NCBI GenBank assembly: GCA_029856155.1 | Contig: JAHQWL010000092.1 | Coordinates: 1-64,000 of the forward strand | DNA from: Promethearchaeia archaeon | GTDB taxonomy: Archaea; Asgardarchaeota; Lokiarchaeia; Sigyniarchaeales; SOKP01 | DNA length: 64,000 nt | Reading direction: 5' to 3' | Shown: positions 1 through 10,541 of the stretch, in pieces | Numbering within the stretch: position 1 is the stretch's first letter | Layout of the letters: each line of letters starts with the position of its first letter | Notes under the pieces: generated by a model | What the model was told of the DNA's origin: nothing | Databases searched by the model: none | Seen by the model: only the letters and a program-made list of their open reading frames with translations | Program-made: the position numbers and the translations under genes

Positions 1-377
1 GAATGGGGAGATTATCTTTAGACGATGCTAGGAAGCGAGTGTTTGCCATCATGACTACTGAGAAACCTAAAGGAAAGACGAGTTCTTGGGCGTCCCGCAC
101 TTCATTATTTTATCGACGACGATGGTTGATCGAAACAGGATTTTCCGACTTAAATCGGATCAATCGTCGATGGAAATCTAATCATGACAATGTGCGATAT
201 CTCGATATGTTGACAAGAATCTTGCTTTATAACTCATGGAAAATGAATAGAAAATTGATCAAAAATACTGGAACTCGAGAGGGAAAGACAAGAAAGTGGA
301 CGCTGAATCAAAATCAGGATTATTTGAAGCAATTATTTCTTGCATCGGAGAAAAAATCATGGGGGGTGATTGGCTAG
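1..377 (+). mobile_element. IS4-superfamily (IS4/ISH3-like) DDE transposase, C-terminal part, truncated by the window edge
   Basis: YRRRWLIETGFSDLN matches the Y-(2)-R-(3)-E signature carrying the catalytic Glu; the frame is open to the window start; the DNA is more GC-rich than the A-rich tract that begins at about 408. Confidence 0.75.
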
Positions 378-491
378 ACTTAAAATAATGTCGGCTCTCC
401 GAACATGGAAAATAATATAAAAAAAAATAAATACTTGAATACTAAAAGAAAAAAAGAAAAAATAAATAAAACCAATATCGTTAAATGTGTC

Positions 492-1004
492 TTATCTCTT
501 CTCAACTACTGATCGAGCAAATTCTTTTGCTTTCTTTAAATCTTCTTCATTGGGTCTTCCTTTAAGCCATTGTTGATGCTTTTCAGCCTCTTTTCGTTTT
601 TCAGGAGGTAATTTATCTAACATTGAATTACGAGTTTCTTCAGGGATACCTATATTATCTCCACAACAATCAAATTCCGCTATTATATTCGAGGTATGAC
701 CTAGTTTTCGTTTCACTAACTTGAATCCGTCTTGATAACCAACTAAACTTGCATGAGTAGAGAAAAATACGAAGTTTTGCGGTAATTCTGGAGCAGCATT
801 TACTAATTCTACAAGCGCTTTATTCACTCGACTTGCATATATTCCTGAACCTAAAAAAACTAAATCAAAATTAATTAAACTAGAAGGTTCTACTTCACTA
901 ATGGGTTTTAATTCAACATCTTTATCACTTAAAGCATCTTTAAAACTTTTTGCAATCTTTTCTGTGTTCCCTGTATTTGAGAAATATGTAATTAATACTT
1001 TCAA
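492..1004 (-). CDS. Flavodoxin family protein
   Basis: N-terminal YFSNTGNTEKIA FMN-binding loop, LGSGIY, C-terminal GRPNEEDL; TTG start behind GGTGA. Confidence 0.85.
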   Translation of the reverse strand: MKVLITYFSNTGNTEKIAKSFKDALSDKDVELKPISEVEPSSLINFDLVFLGSGIYASRVNKALVELVNAAPELPQNFVFFSTHASLVGYQDGFKLVKRKLGHTSNIIAEFDCCGDNIGIPEETRNSMLDKLPPEKRKEAEKHQQWLKGRPNEEDLKKAKEFARSVVEKR

Positions 1005-1058
1005 TCAATTCACCATTGTAAAAAATATTCAATTCTAATAAAATCTTATTAAGAGTTT

Positions 1059-1964
1059 CTATTCAATGTTTAAATTGAAAAAATTTTTCGCATTATTAAC
1101 TGTTTTTTCACTTACCAGTTTTTGAGGAACATTATGGGAATAAGCGATAGCAGCAATAGAATATCTCACATTTGAAGGTACATTTAACGGCCCTCTTTTA
1201 TAGGGATGTTGAAAATAAGAATCAGTCTCTGAAACTAACGATTCTAATGGTGTAAACTTTGTTGCTCTACGCCATCTATTGAACCCATATGCAGAGCTAG
1301 GTACAGAAAGTATATATCCTTGATTTGGTAAAGAAGTTCCATAATCTTCTGGTCCTGAAAAACAATGCCACATAACCCTTTTAGGACCTATATTAAAATC
1401 CTTTAAAATATTGAGAATCTCTTTATTTACTCCATCTTTTTTATTAAATCTATGTTTCGGATGTTCTTTATCGAACTCTTGTTCAGCAGCATTTCGAACA
1501 TGTAAAATATAAGGTTTGTTAAGATCTCTTGTTAATTCTATGATTTTTTTAAATACTTCAATTTGATTGTTTCTTTTCTCTAAAGTTTTGGCATGATGAA
1601 AATCTAAACCTATCTCGCCAATTCCTAGATACTCTTCTGAATTATTTTGAATAAAATCAATCCATTTTTTCCATTCTAAGTTATATTTGTCCTTAGGAGT
1701 ATATGTAACTGTCTGTGGTGCCCATCCACATGTAAAACCAAAATTTTTATCGAATTTTTTCATAAAGTCTAAAGTTAAATTCAATGTCTGCATATCGATT
1801 GTGCTTGTTATTAAATATTGACCCCCCATTTTGAAATAACTTAAATATTGTTCTTTATTTGTTGGTAATTGATCATTTTTGGGACGATAAAAAGGCATAT
1901 GGCAATGAACGTCAATAAATTTTAAACCGCTTTCTGGTTCTGGCACAACTATTTTTTTAGGCAT
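1059..1964 (-). CDS. TatD-family metal-dependent hydrolase/nuclease
   Basis: DVHCH, IGEIGLDF, LHVR, HCFSG and ETDS motifs of the TatD family. Confidence 0.9.
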   Translation of the reverse strand: MPKKIVVPEPESGLKFIDVHCHMPFYRPKNDQLPTNKEQYLSYFKMGGQYLITSTIDMQTLNLTLDFMKKFDKNFGFTCGWAPQTVTYTPKDKYNLEWKKWIDFIQNNSEEYLGIGEIGLDFHHAKTLEKRNNQIEVFKKIIELTRDLNKPYILHVRNAAEQEFDKEHPKHRFNKKDGVNKEILNILKDFNIGPKRVMWHCFSGPEDYGTSLPNQGYILSVPSSAYGFNRWRRATKFTPLESLVSETDSYFQHPYKRGPLNVPSNVRYSIAAIAYSHNVPQKLVSEKTVNNAKNFFNLNIE

Positions 1965-2108
1965 ATTAGATTTAAGTAAATATAATTATCCTATCATTTG
2001 ACAAGTTATATTTTTAAATGAATTGCTGTATTAAGATTTTATCAATTCAAAAAGGTGGTATATTTTTTCAACTAATTCTTTAAATAAGGTCTTTTATTAA
2101 ACACTATT

Positions 2109-2522
2109 ATGAGTGATCAGTTTAAATCTAAACTTAAAGAGTTAGAAACAAAGAAAAAGGAATTACAACCCAAAATTGATGAAATTAACGCTAAACGAGA
2201 AGAAGAGATTCAAAAAGTGAATAAAAAATATGATCATTTGATATATGATGTCGATTACACGGCTCGACAATTAGAAGAGGAATTTTATAACGATCTAATT
2301 AAATCTTTTGTACAGATTGTTATAAGAGAATTTGATTTAAAAAGAAGTTCAGACATGTACGAAATAACAGACGAATTTAAGGATTATCGACAATCTATTG
2401 CCCAATTTGATATATTCCCTGAAGAATTAATCAATAAATTACATAAAGTAATAAATGGTGAGCCAATTGAAAGTATCATTTATGATCTTGACAATATTCA
2501 AAAAAAATATTTAAAATCTTAG
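2109..2522 (+). CDS. Hypothetical protein with N-terminal coiled coil
   Basis: 137-aa ORF with K/E-rich heptads; no family motif recognised. Confidence 0.7.
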   Translation: MSDQFKSKLKELETKKKELQPKIDEINAKREEEIQKVNKKYDHLIYDVDYTARQLEEEFYNDLIKSFVQIVIREFDLKRSSDMYEITDEFKDYRQSIAQFDIFPEELINKLHKVINGEPIESIIYDLDNIQKKYLKS

Positions 2523-2674
2523 ATTTTATTATATTTAGAAATAGGTTATATTATTTCTACATAATTGCTTTTTTTTATCCGATTTCTTATGGTATTATTT
2601 AGATATTACTTAGATAAATATGTGTTATTAAATCTCTTGGTTTATAGTAAAACTATAATTTTGGTAATTCTAAA

Positions 2675-2818
2675 ATGGAATTATTTGAAGAAGAAGTAGA
2701 GATATATAATTCAAAAATGCGGAATCTTTCATGGCTCTACGATGAAATTCACATCCAACCTGTTATTATAAAAGACACTATAAATGAGAAAGGACAAAAA
2801 TTACCTTTAAACATGTAA
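2675..2818 (+). CDS. Possible small protein (47 aa, MELFEEEVEIYNSK...LPLNM)
   Basis: Read by hand: ATG at 2675 to TAA at 2816-2818; fills the gap and overlaps the convergent pcp stop by 12 nt; not in the ORF track. Confidence 0.4.
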   Translation: MELFEEEVEIYNSKMRNLSWLYDEIHIQPVIIKDTINEKGQKLPLNM

Positions 2819-3379
2819 ATCCTTTTTAAAATATATCTTGATAATTACTTTTAATATTGACCTAAATTTCGTAATATATTCAGATTTATTTCCTTTAGCA
2901 GGAATATGGATGAAGATAACAGGATATTCTTTTTTTGAAATGTAAAGTGCCCAATAGTAGATATAATTACATAAATATGATCCAGCATAATTAGATAGAG
3001 AAATGTTCGATATATCCTTAATATACGAATAAAGCTCATTTAAATTTAAAATACTCTTAATCCAAGGGGGAGAACAAATTTTTATAGGACCAACTTTAAA
3101 TTTTCTATCAATATCTTTACCAAATTTAAGATTCCATCCAATTCTTTCAAGATGGAAATTCTTACTTGAATGAATACCTAAAAGGACCACTAAATCAGGA
3201 TTAGATTTTAATTCTGATAATAAGTTTTTATAAGAAGCAATACTTCGCTTCCAACTTACTGGTAATATTTCTTTTTTTAATCGGAAGTGTTGATTTTTAA
3301 AAGAAAACTCATTCACAAGTTCTCCACTTAAATTCGATGTAAATTTATTATAAGCCCCAAAACCAGTTAAAATTATCAA
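2807..3379 (-). CDS. pcp: Pyroglutamyl-peptidase I (C15) family
   Basis: ILTGFG N-terminus; Glu (HLER), Cys (AGSYLCN) and His (FIHIP) catalytic triad motifs. Confidence 0.85.
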   Translation of the reverse strand: MIILTGFGAYNKFTSNLSGELVNEFSFKNQHFRLKKEILPVSWKRSIASYKNLLSELKSNPDLVVLLGIHSSKNFHLERIGWNLKFGKDIDRKFKVGPIKICSPPWIKSILNLNELYSYIKDISNISLSNYAGSYLCNYIYYWALYISKKEYPVIFIHIPAKGNKSEYITKFRSILKVIIKIYFKKDLHV

Positions 3380-3449
3380 ATTTAAGTCAAATGAATTGAT
3401 TTTTAAAAAAAAATTAGTGAAAAAGATTAAATCTTCATAATAATTACAC

Positions 3450-3881
3450 TTATTCTTCTGCTGCAGCTGCAGCTGCAGCTTTAGCTTTCTCTTTTTCTAT
3501 CGCAGCTATTTGTTTCTTTAAACCTTTTATTTCAACTTGAACTTCCTTAATCTTGCCTTTCTTGTCATTAGCGATTTCTTTCAAATTAATATTCAAAGCC
3601 TTTTCTTTTTCACTTTTTAATTGAGAAAGGGTTTTATTAGCAGTTTTAGCAGCTGCTATTTTTTCTTTCTTTTTATTATTCCACTCTTCTGATTTTTGAA
3701 TTGCTTCATCTCGTAAGACTTCTTCTTCATTTAATTTTGCTTCAGCAGCTTCAATTTTTGGATTATATTCTGTCTCAACCTTGCTTTCTGCTGAAGCTTC
3801 TTCCTTGCTGGCTTCCTCTTCTATACGAGTAATCTCATCTTCTTTGGCACTAATTTGGCCTCTAATATTTTCTTCAGTCAT
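3450..3881 (-). CDS. All-helical coiled-coil hypothetical protein with poly-Ala C-terminus
   Basis: E/K/A-rich heptads over the whole length; ends AKAAAAAAAEE. Confidence 0.75.
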   Translation of the reverse strand: MTEENIRGQISAKEDEITRIEEEASKEEASAESKVETEYNPKIEAAEAKLNEEEVLRDEAIQKSEEWNNKKKEKIAAAKTANKTLSQLKSEKEKALNINLKEIANDKKGKIKEVQVEIKGLKKQIAAIEKEKAKAAAAAAAEE

Positions 3882-4139
3882 AAAACATCATTTTTTTTAT
3901 TTTTCTTTTAAAATTAATTTTTGAATTAAAATAATATTTTCAGTTCTAATAATTCAATTACGTGTTATAATAGTGTTAGGATTTGTATCCTTTTAAACTT
4001 TCTATCATCATTTTTTTAGAGGTTTTTTAAATTTACTGCTTTTCAGTATCTTTACTATAGTTTTATAATGATCATCGTTTATGGATAGTTCCAACTTACT
4101 AATTGATGAATTTAATATACACCATTTCTTTTAGGAGCA

Positions 4140-4670
4140 TCATGCATTCTCTTTTAACGTGAATTCCCAAGCGCACCAATAATGTTCAGGGTGAGGTCCT
4201 GGAGGACACGCAATGCATTTTGTTTCTATTCGAGGATCTATTGTTTTAGCGAATAATCCATATTCTACAACACCAACTTGTTTACAAGGGAAATCTGGAA
4301 GTCCTCTCCCTTTTCTAGCAGATTGTACGCGGCAATCATTCATTCTAAAAACACATCGATTATCCGATACATCAAGAACTTCTTGTTTATTAATATTTGC
4401 ATATACTCTATATTTTAAAGCTTTTATAAGAGCTGGAATGCCCCCATTTTGTGGTATTTTAAATCTCTTCATGATTCTCTTCGCTTCAATAATAGTAAAT
4501 CTCTTCCATTGGTTAACATCTAACTCTATAGCTTTATCAAGTCCGTATTCGTGTTCAACTGTCTGGAACCATGTACCATCAATAGCGAGCCAATTTTTTG
4601 AAAGATCTTCGATATAATCCAATAATTCTTCTCTTGTGAGTGATTCTAAATCTTCTCTCATCTTAATCAA
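4140..4670 (-). CDS. DUF6125-type protein (V4R/ATC-hydrolase-like fold with Cys-rich C-terminus)
   Basis: WLAIDGTWF...MNDCRVQ...FPCK...CIACPP...WCAWEF pattern. Confidence 0.75.
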   Translation of the reverse strand: MIKMREDLESLTREELLDYIEDLSKNWLAIDGTWFQTVEHEYGLDKAIELDVNQWKRFTIIEAKRIMKRFKIPQNGGIPALIKALKYRVYANINKQEVLDVSDNRCVFRMNDCRVQSARKGRGLPDFPCKQVGVVEYGLFAKTIDPRIETKCIACPPGPHPEHYWCAWEFTLKENA

Positions 4671-4877
4671 TAATTAAAATTAACAAAATTTAATTTTGAA
4701 AATTATTGAAAATTTAAATAGTTGAACCCACTTGATTATAGAATTGTTAAAGTAACATAGAATAGGGGATAAAAATGGGTGAAACTGAAAAGAAAAATTT
4801 AATAATATTTTAATTTTAATTATTTTAGTATCTATTTTATCCAGAAATGCTGGAAATATTAAATCGTGTTGAAAAAA

Positions 4878-6803
4878 ATGGGAAAAACTTTAACTGAAAA
4901 AATCTTAGAACTACATTTAGTTGAGGGTAAATTAGAAAAGGGAACGGATATTGCCATTAAAATTGACCAAACTTTAACTCAGGATGCTACAGGTACAATG
5001 GCTTACTTACAATTTGAAGCAATGGGAGTTTCACGTGTTCAAACAGAACTATCCGTAAGTTACGTAGATCATAATACATTACAGACTGATTTTAAAAACC
5101 CTGATGATCATCGCTATCTTCAAAGTATTGCTGCGAAATATGGCTTATATTTTTCGCGTCCCGGAAATGGTATTTGCCATCAAGTCCATCTTGAACGATT
5201 TGCTCGCCCTGGTAGAACATTATTAGGTAGTGACAGTCATACTCCTACTGGTGGGGGTGTTGGATCAATAGCAATTGGAGCAGGAGGACTTGATGTAGCT
5301 GCTGCTATGGCTGGTGAATCATTCCGTTTAAAAATGCCTCAAGTTGTAAAAGTATATCTTAAGGGAAAGCTTCCTGATTTTGTATCCGCGAAGGATGTAA
5401 TATTAGAAATCTTGAGAAGAATTGGAGTGAAAGGAGCTGTTAATAAAGTTCTAGAATATACAGGTCCGGGTATAAAGACTCTAACTGTTCCAGAAAGAGG
5501 AACAATAACGAATATGGGAACTGAAACTGGAGCTACAACCTCAATCTTTCCATCTGATGAGATTACTAAAGAGTTTTTAGAAGCACAAGAAAGAGGAGAT
5601 CAATGGATTCAATTAGAACCAGATGAAGATGCTAAATATGATGAAACTATTGAAATTAATCTAAGTGAATTAGAGCCATTAATAGCTGAACCCCATAGTC
5701 CAGGAAATGTTAAAACTGTTAAAGATTTGGAAGGATTAAATGTAGATCAAGTGTGTATAGGTAGTTGTACGAATTCTTCTTTGCGGGATCTTAAAATTGT
5801 TGCAAATATGTTAAAAGGGAAAACAATTAATCTAAATACAGTTTTAACTGTATCGCCTGGTTCTCGACAAGTTGTTGATCATATGATTGATTCCGGAGAA
5901 ATGGGTTATTTAATAAAAGCAGGTGCAAGGATATTAGAAAACGCTTGTGGTCCTTGCATTGGAATGGGATTAGCTCCTAAAAGCGATGCCATTTCTCTTA
6001 GGACTTTCAATAGGAATTTTCTTGGAAGAACAGGTACAAAAAGTGCTAATGCTTACTTAGTAAGCCCTGAAACCGCTGCGATTGCTGCTATTAAAGGAAA
6101 AATTACAGATCCAAGAAAGTTTGGCAGTATACCTAAAATTGACATGCCAAAGAATTTTATGGTAAATGATAATATGATCATTCCACCACTACATCCCGAA
6201 GAAGCAAAAAATGTAGAAATTATTAGAGGTCCAAATATTAAACCCCTACCTGAATTTAATCTTTTACCGGCTAAATTAGAAGGGGAAGTTCTTTTAAAAG
6301 TAGAAGATGATATAACAACGGATCACATCATGCCCGCTGGAGCTAAAATTTTACCATTGAGAAGTAATATACCAGAAATTAGCAAATTTGTTTTTAACGT
6401 AGTTGATGAATCTTTTCACGATCGATCTCTCGCAAAAGGAGGGGGGTTTATAGTAGGCGGAGATAATTATGGACAAGGTTCAAGTCGTGAACATGCAGCA
6501 ATTGCTCCTAAATATCTTGGAATAAAAGCTGTCATAGTAAAGAGCTTTGCTCGTATACATTTAGCGAACTTAGTGAATTTTGGAATAGTACCTTTGATAT
6601 TCGTTAACAAAGATGATTATGACACAATTGAACCAGAAGATAAATTTGAGATTGATTTAACTACAATTAAATCTGGTAAAGTTAAACTAAAAAACTTAAC
6701 AAAAAATATTAATCTTGAATTAACTCATTCACTTAGCGAACAAGATTTAGAGGAATTAATGGCCGGGGGAAAATTAACACTGATAAAACAAAAACATATT
6801 TAA
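4878..6803 (+). CDS. Aconitate hydratase (monomeric aconitase/homoaconitase type)
   Basis: QDATG, DHN, GICHQVH, DSHT, IGSCTN, CGPCIG, NRNF, TTDHI and GSSREHA motifs; start set at MGKTLTEK. Confidence 0.93.
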   Translation: MGKTLTEKILELHLVEGKLEKGTDIAIKIDQTLTQDATGTMAYLQFEAMGVSRVQTELSVSYVDHNTLQTDFKNPDDHRYLQSIAAKYGLYFSRPGNGICHQVHLERFARPGRTLLGSDSHTPTGGGVGSIAIGAGGLDVAAAMAGESFRLKMPQVVKVYLKGKLPDFVSAKDVILEILRRIGVKGAVNKVLEYTGPGIKTLTVPERGTITNMGTETGATTSIFPSDEITKEFLEAQERGDQWIQLEPDEDAKYDETIEINLSELEPLIAEPHSPGNVKTVKDLEGLNVDQVCIGSCTNSSLRDLKIVANMLKGKTINLNTVLTVSPGSRQVVDHMIDSGEMGYLIKAGARILENACGPCIGMGLAPKSDAISLRTFNRNFLGRTGTKSANAYLVSPETAAIAAIKGKITDPRKFGSIPKIDMPKNFMVNDNMIIPPLHPEEAKNVEIIRGPNIKPLPEFNLLPAKLEGEVLLKVEDDITTDHIMPAGAKILPLRSNIPEISKFVFNVVDESFHDRSLAKGGGFIVGGDNYGQGSSREHAAIAPKYLGIKAVIVKSFARIHLANLVNFGIVPLIFVNKDDYDTIEPEDKFEIDLTTIKSGKVKLKNLTKNINLELTHSLSEQDLEELMAGGKLTLIKQKHI

Positions 6804-6902
6804 TTAGAGATTTAAATATATTTTTTTTGTACTTTTATTATTAAACAAGTATAAATGAAGGAGAATCTTTCTGACTCTAAGCAAAGGTTGATCTTTTACT
6901 CA

Positions 6903-7379
6903 TTATACTCTACCCGGGTAGTCTACCTTTCTAAAACGCCAATCTGTGCTGATCCAATCTCGTACGGTATTGAATAATACTTCATCCAATCCTTTTTCAT
7001 ATTCAGTTTGACGCACCCACATGACCACAATAGCATCTGGGCCAGTCACTTCGGATGGGGTGATATAAACACAACCAAGAACTTTTGATTCATCCAGGGA
7101 TACAACAGTATATGTAAATGCCTTACGGTCGAGAAATTCTTGTTGATGTCTTTCTAAGTCGGTCAAATTTTCCCCAATGGTGAAACCTGATTTCGGCCAT
7201 AGACCGCCAAACATAGTATGGAGAAGCTCACGGCTCTCGATAACTGCTTCGTAATCCTTTTCAACATCATCTATAGACAGCATTCGAAGGCGAAAAAGGT
7301 CTGTCTCGAGCAGAAGGGGAACTTCGAAATCATTGGGTACAAATTGATCTTTGAATTTTGAATTTTCCTTATTCATCAT
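6903..7379 (-). CDS. GNAT/RimJ-like N-acetyltransferase-fold protein
   Basis: FVPxDFEVP..LET..FRLR and F.YTV...LGCVYI patterns; DNA somewhat more GC-rich than its neighbours. Confidence 0.65.
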   Translation of the reverse strand: MMNKENSKFKDQFVPNDFEVPLLLETDLFRLRMLSIDDVEKDYEAVIESRELLHTMFGGLWPKSGFTIGENLTDLERHQQEFLDRKAFTYTVVSLDESKVLGCVYITPSEVTGPDAIVVMWVRQTEYEKGLDEVLFNTVRDWISTDWRFRKVDYPGRV

Positions 7380-7458
7380 CTTTAGAATGGATAGTGGATA
7401 TATTATATAGGTAGTATTGATTTATATTTATAAAATTGAATCAAATATTAATATTCTC

Positions 7459-8226
7459 ATGTATGACAAAAAGTTCAAACAAGATCCGAAAAAGCGATTT
7501 TCATCAAGAGTAGAGAATTATATCAAATATAGACCCAGTTATCCCCAGAAGGTAATTGAATTCTTAAAAGAAAGTAAAATTTTATCCAATAAATCAATAA
7601 TTGCGGATATTGGATCTGGAACGGGAATATTAAGTGAACTTTTTTTAAAGGAAGGTAATATAGTCTATGGAATCGAACCAAATAGAGATATGAGACGGGC
7701 AGGAGAAAATTCATTAAGAGATTACTCAAATTTTATAAGTATTGATGGTTCAGCAGAATTTACTACATTACAATCTGATAAGATTGATATAATAACAGCG
7801 GGTCAAGCATTTCATTGGTTTAATTTAGAAAAAACTAAATTAGAATTTATGCGTATTCTTAAACCTAATGGTTGGGTTATATTAATTTGGAATCGTCGAA
7901 AAAAGCACACAAATGAGTTTTTAAAAGAGTATGAAAAATTTCTCTTGAGATATGGAACAGATTATAAAGCTATTGAGAGTAGTAAACTTGATTTTAATAA
8001 ATTTTTTGGAGTGATTAATTATAACCTAAAAAAATTTGAGAATTGTCAAATATTTGATTACGATGGTTTAGAGGGTCGGCTCCTTTCTACTTCTTATATA
8101 CCTTTGGATGATCATCCTAAATTTAACGATATGTTACTTGATTTAAAGCAATTATTTAAAAAATATCAAAAAAATGAACATATTCAATTTGAATATGAGA
8201 CCGAGGTCATTTATGGTCAACTTTAA
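7459..8226 (+). CDS. Class I SAM-dependent methyltransferase
   Basis: Y.KYRPSYP, ADIGSGTG, AGQAFHWF, RILKPNG motifs; start moved to the first ATG. Confidence 0.9.
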   Translation: MYDKKFKQDPKKRFSSRVENYIKYRPSYPQKVIEFLKESKILSNKSIIADIGSGTGILSELFLKEGNIVYGIEPNRDMRRAGENSLRDYSNFISIDGSAEFTTLQSDKIDIITAGQAFHWFNLEKTKLEFMRILKPNGWVILIWNRRKKHTNEFLKEYEKFLLRYGTDYKAIESSKLDFNKFFGVINYNLKKFENCQIFDYDGLEGRLLSTSYIPLDDHPKFNDMLLDLKQLFKKYQKNEHIQFEYETEVIYGQL

Positions 8227-8365
8227 TTAGATTTTGAATTTCGATGCCTTTTTTTATGCCTTATTTTGAGAAAACTTAAATTTACTTTAAAGTAAATTAG
8301 GTTTATATTTGATTCTAAGACTTTTGAAACATTAGTAATAGAAAATATAAGGCTTATTCGGCATA

Positions 8366-10351
8366 TTATTCTAAAACTTTTTGTATCTCACCATTTTCTT
8401 CTAATAGTTTCGCAAAATCTAGAACTTTACTTGGATAAAAAATGTGCTGGAACTCTAATGTTAACATTGCACTGATTTCTTTAAGATTTAAAGACAAACC
8501 AACAAAGTTTAACATTTCTTGGGCATCACCACCCCATATATCTGGTGGTATAGGGACTTTGAACTCCTCATAAGCATTTGACATCAGAATTGGTAAATAA
8601 TATTTTAAATTTCTTCTCCCTAAAAAACTCAGTTTCCACTTTTGTTTATAATATTCAGGTTCTTCAATAAGGTTGACTTCAATAGATAAATGTTTGCATA
8701 AGTTAGACCATTGAGATGGTAAATTTTTCTTCAATTGATCTAATTCAGTATATCTTTCTAAAATTAGTTCTTTAGTTATTGCTGTTAATTCAAATTTATT
8801 AATTGAATCTAAAATTTTCTTTTCATATTTGAGAAAAGCATCTATTAAAGCTTTTCCTGTTAAAACTTTTTCTTCTTTTGTAATTTTAGAATTGATAGTT
8901 TCTTGATTCAGTGTACTAAATAGAGTAAGCAATGTTTTTTTGGTTTTACCCAATCGCTTGTAGAAACCTTCTTCTATGAGTGGCCAAATATTAATTAAGG
9001 ACTTATTATCTTGTATAGCAAAGATATAACTAGTACAGAGTGATATAGTAATAATTCGTTTTAATTCGGTAGAATCACATTTTTCTATAGTATCAAGCGA
9101 ACTATGCCAAAAAGGATCATTATGCCCAATCATTACCCCAGGTATATTTATAGGATTTCCAACAAATAAAGTATGGTCACTTCCGCCTGAATAGGGAGTA
9201 ATTCGATATCGCATACGATTGGTAGTACCATTTATTGCTACCCCTTTAGGATGATCTGCGATTACTCTCGCAAAATATTGAATAATATCATTTAAAATTG
9301 ATGGTCGTGAATATGGTGCTAAACAGATCTCACATGGTTCCCCAACTTTTAGAGGGTGTTCCCCAATCATGTCTAAATTTATATTAAAAAGTGCATTTTT
9401 AACGATTTCTTCGTGCTCTTTAATCCATGGGAATGTACCATGAAATTCAGCAACCCATAGAAGACGAATTGTTCTTTTAGGGGGTTCTAATCTTTTCTGC
9501 TTAATAAGTACTGCTAAAGCACGTGCTAATTCTATTAACCCACCTGATCCACTGGCATTGTCATTTACTCCAGCAGCAGGGTGACAGATATGTGCTGTTA
9601 AAATTATTTCTTCTTGAAATTTCTCTTTTCCTTGAATAACCGCGGAGATTACTTCTAATTCTCCATCATATACTTTAGCATCAATCTTTGCATGTAGTTT
9701 GACAGAACCATTTCTTAATAGCTCCTTTAAATATAGTGCTTGCTCAAAACTAATACTAAAACCAAAGGTAGTTTTTTCTAACTCTTCAGCTATGGCAGGA
9801 AATCTATTATAAATAGTCATACCCTTATAACCCGCTGCTCTATCGGCACTTGGATATACTATAACACCCAATGCCCCTTTTTCTGCATATAATGTAGGAA
9901 CTATAATTCTTGGAGCTTCCATTAAAACTATTTTCCCTTTTACGTCTCTTCCTTCGAATTCTTCTTCTGTAACACCCTTTCCAACATCAATCAATTCAGC
10001 ATCAACGTTACAAGCTTTTGATCTCCCAATAATACACATTGGAATATCTTGAAATCGACACAAGATCTCTTTTTTTGGTTCAATCAAACGTAATTCCCCC
10101 GATTTAATCTCCCAGCTTTGAGTCACAATCCATTCCCATGTTTTAGTTTTTCCATCTGCGGGATATTTATGGAGTTTAATCTCATCTAACCCAAACGATC
10201 CTAATTCTCTCATTACTTTTTCTACAATTTCATGATAATCTTGAGACCCTACTACTCGGTTATATTGTGAGATCTTCGATACCCAATCAAAGGCATATTT
10301 CCCGCTAACCTCGTTCAACACTTCATCGATAAATTTAGAGATATCTTTCAT
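8366..10351 (-). CDS. M28-family aminopeptidase-like protein with PA domain (DUF4910-like)
   Basis: AHICHP, NDNASG, AEFHG, LDMIG, GGSDH and WHSSLD Zn-site motifs; PA insert DVKGKIVL. Confidence 0.85.
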   Translation of the reverse strand: MKDISKFIDEVLNEVSGKYAFDWVSKISQYNRVVGSQDYHEIVEKVMRELGSFGLDEIKLHKYPADGKTKTWEWIVTQSWEIKSGELRLIEPKKEILCRFQDIPMCIIGRSKACNVDAELIDVGKGVTEEEFEGRDVKGKIVLMEAPRIIVPTLYAEKGALGVIVYPSADRAAGYKGMTIYNRFPAIAEELEKTTFGFSISFEQALYLKELLRNGSVKLHAKIDAKVYDGELEVISAVIQGKEKFQEEIILTAHICHPAAGVNDNASGSGGLIELARALAVLIKQKRLEPPKRTIRLLWVAEFHGTFPWIKEHEEIVKNALFNINLDMIGEHPLKVGEPCEICLAPYSRPSILNDIIQYFARVIADHPKGVAINGTTNRMRYRITPYSGGSDHTLFVGNPINIPGVMIGHNDPFWHSSLDTIEKCDSTELKRIITISLCTSYIFAIQDNKSLINIWPLIEEGFYKRLGKTKKTLLTLFSTLNQETINSKITKEEKVLTGKALIDAFLKYEKKILDSINKFELTAITKELILERYTELDQLKKNLPSQWSNLCKHLSIEVNLIEEPEYYKQKWKLSFLGRRNLKYYLPILMSNAYEEFKVPIPPDIWGGDAQEMLNFVGLSLNLKEISAMLTLEFQHIFYPSKVLDFAKLLEENGEIQKVLE

Positions 10352-10460
10352 ACATAATCAATCTTGCGAAGTAATATAGTAACTAATTACTTTGATATTA
10401 CGACCTACTAAAATATAAAATTTGCTATTCTAGCAAAATAATTCAAGAACTTAATCTGAA

Positions 10461-10479
10461 AATACCTTCCGAAGGTATT
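10461..10479. promoter_or_regulatory. Perfect 9-bp inverted repeat (AATACCTTC-C-GAAGGTATT), candidate operator
   Basis: Seen directly; intergenic, about 110 nt upstream of the M28 peptidase start. Confidence 0.4.
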
Positions 10480-10541
10480 GGGAAAAAATAATATTTATTT
10501 ATAAAAATGAAATTTTTTTTTCTTTATGTCTATTGAAGTTC

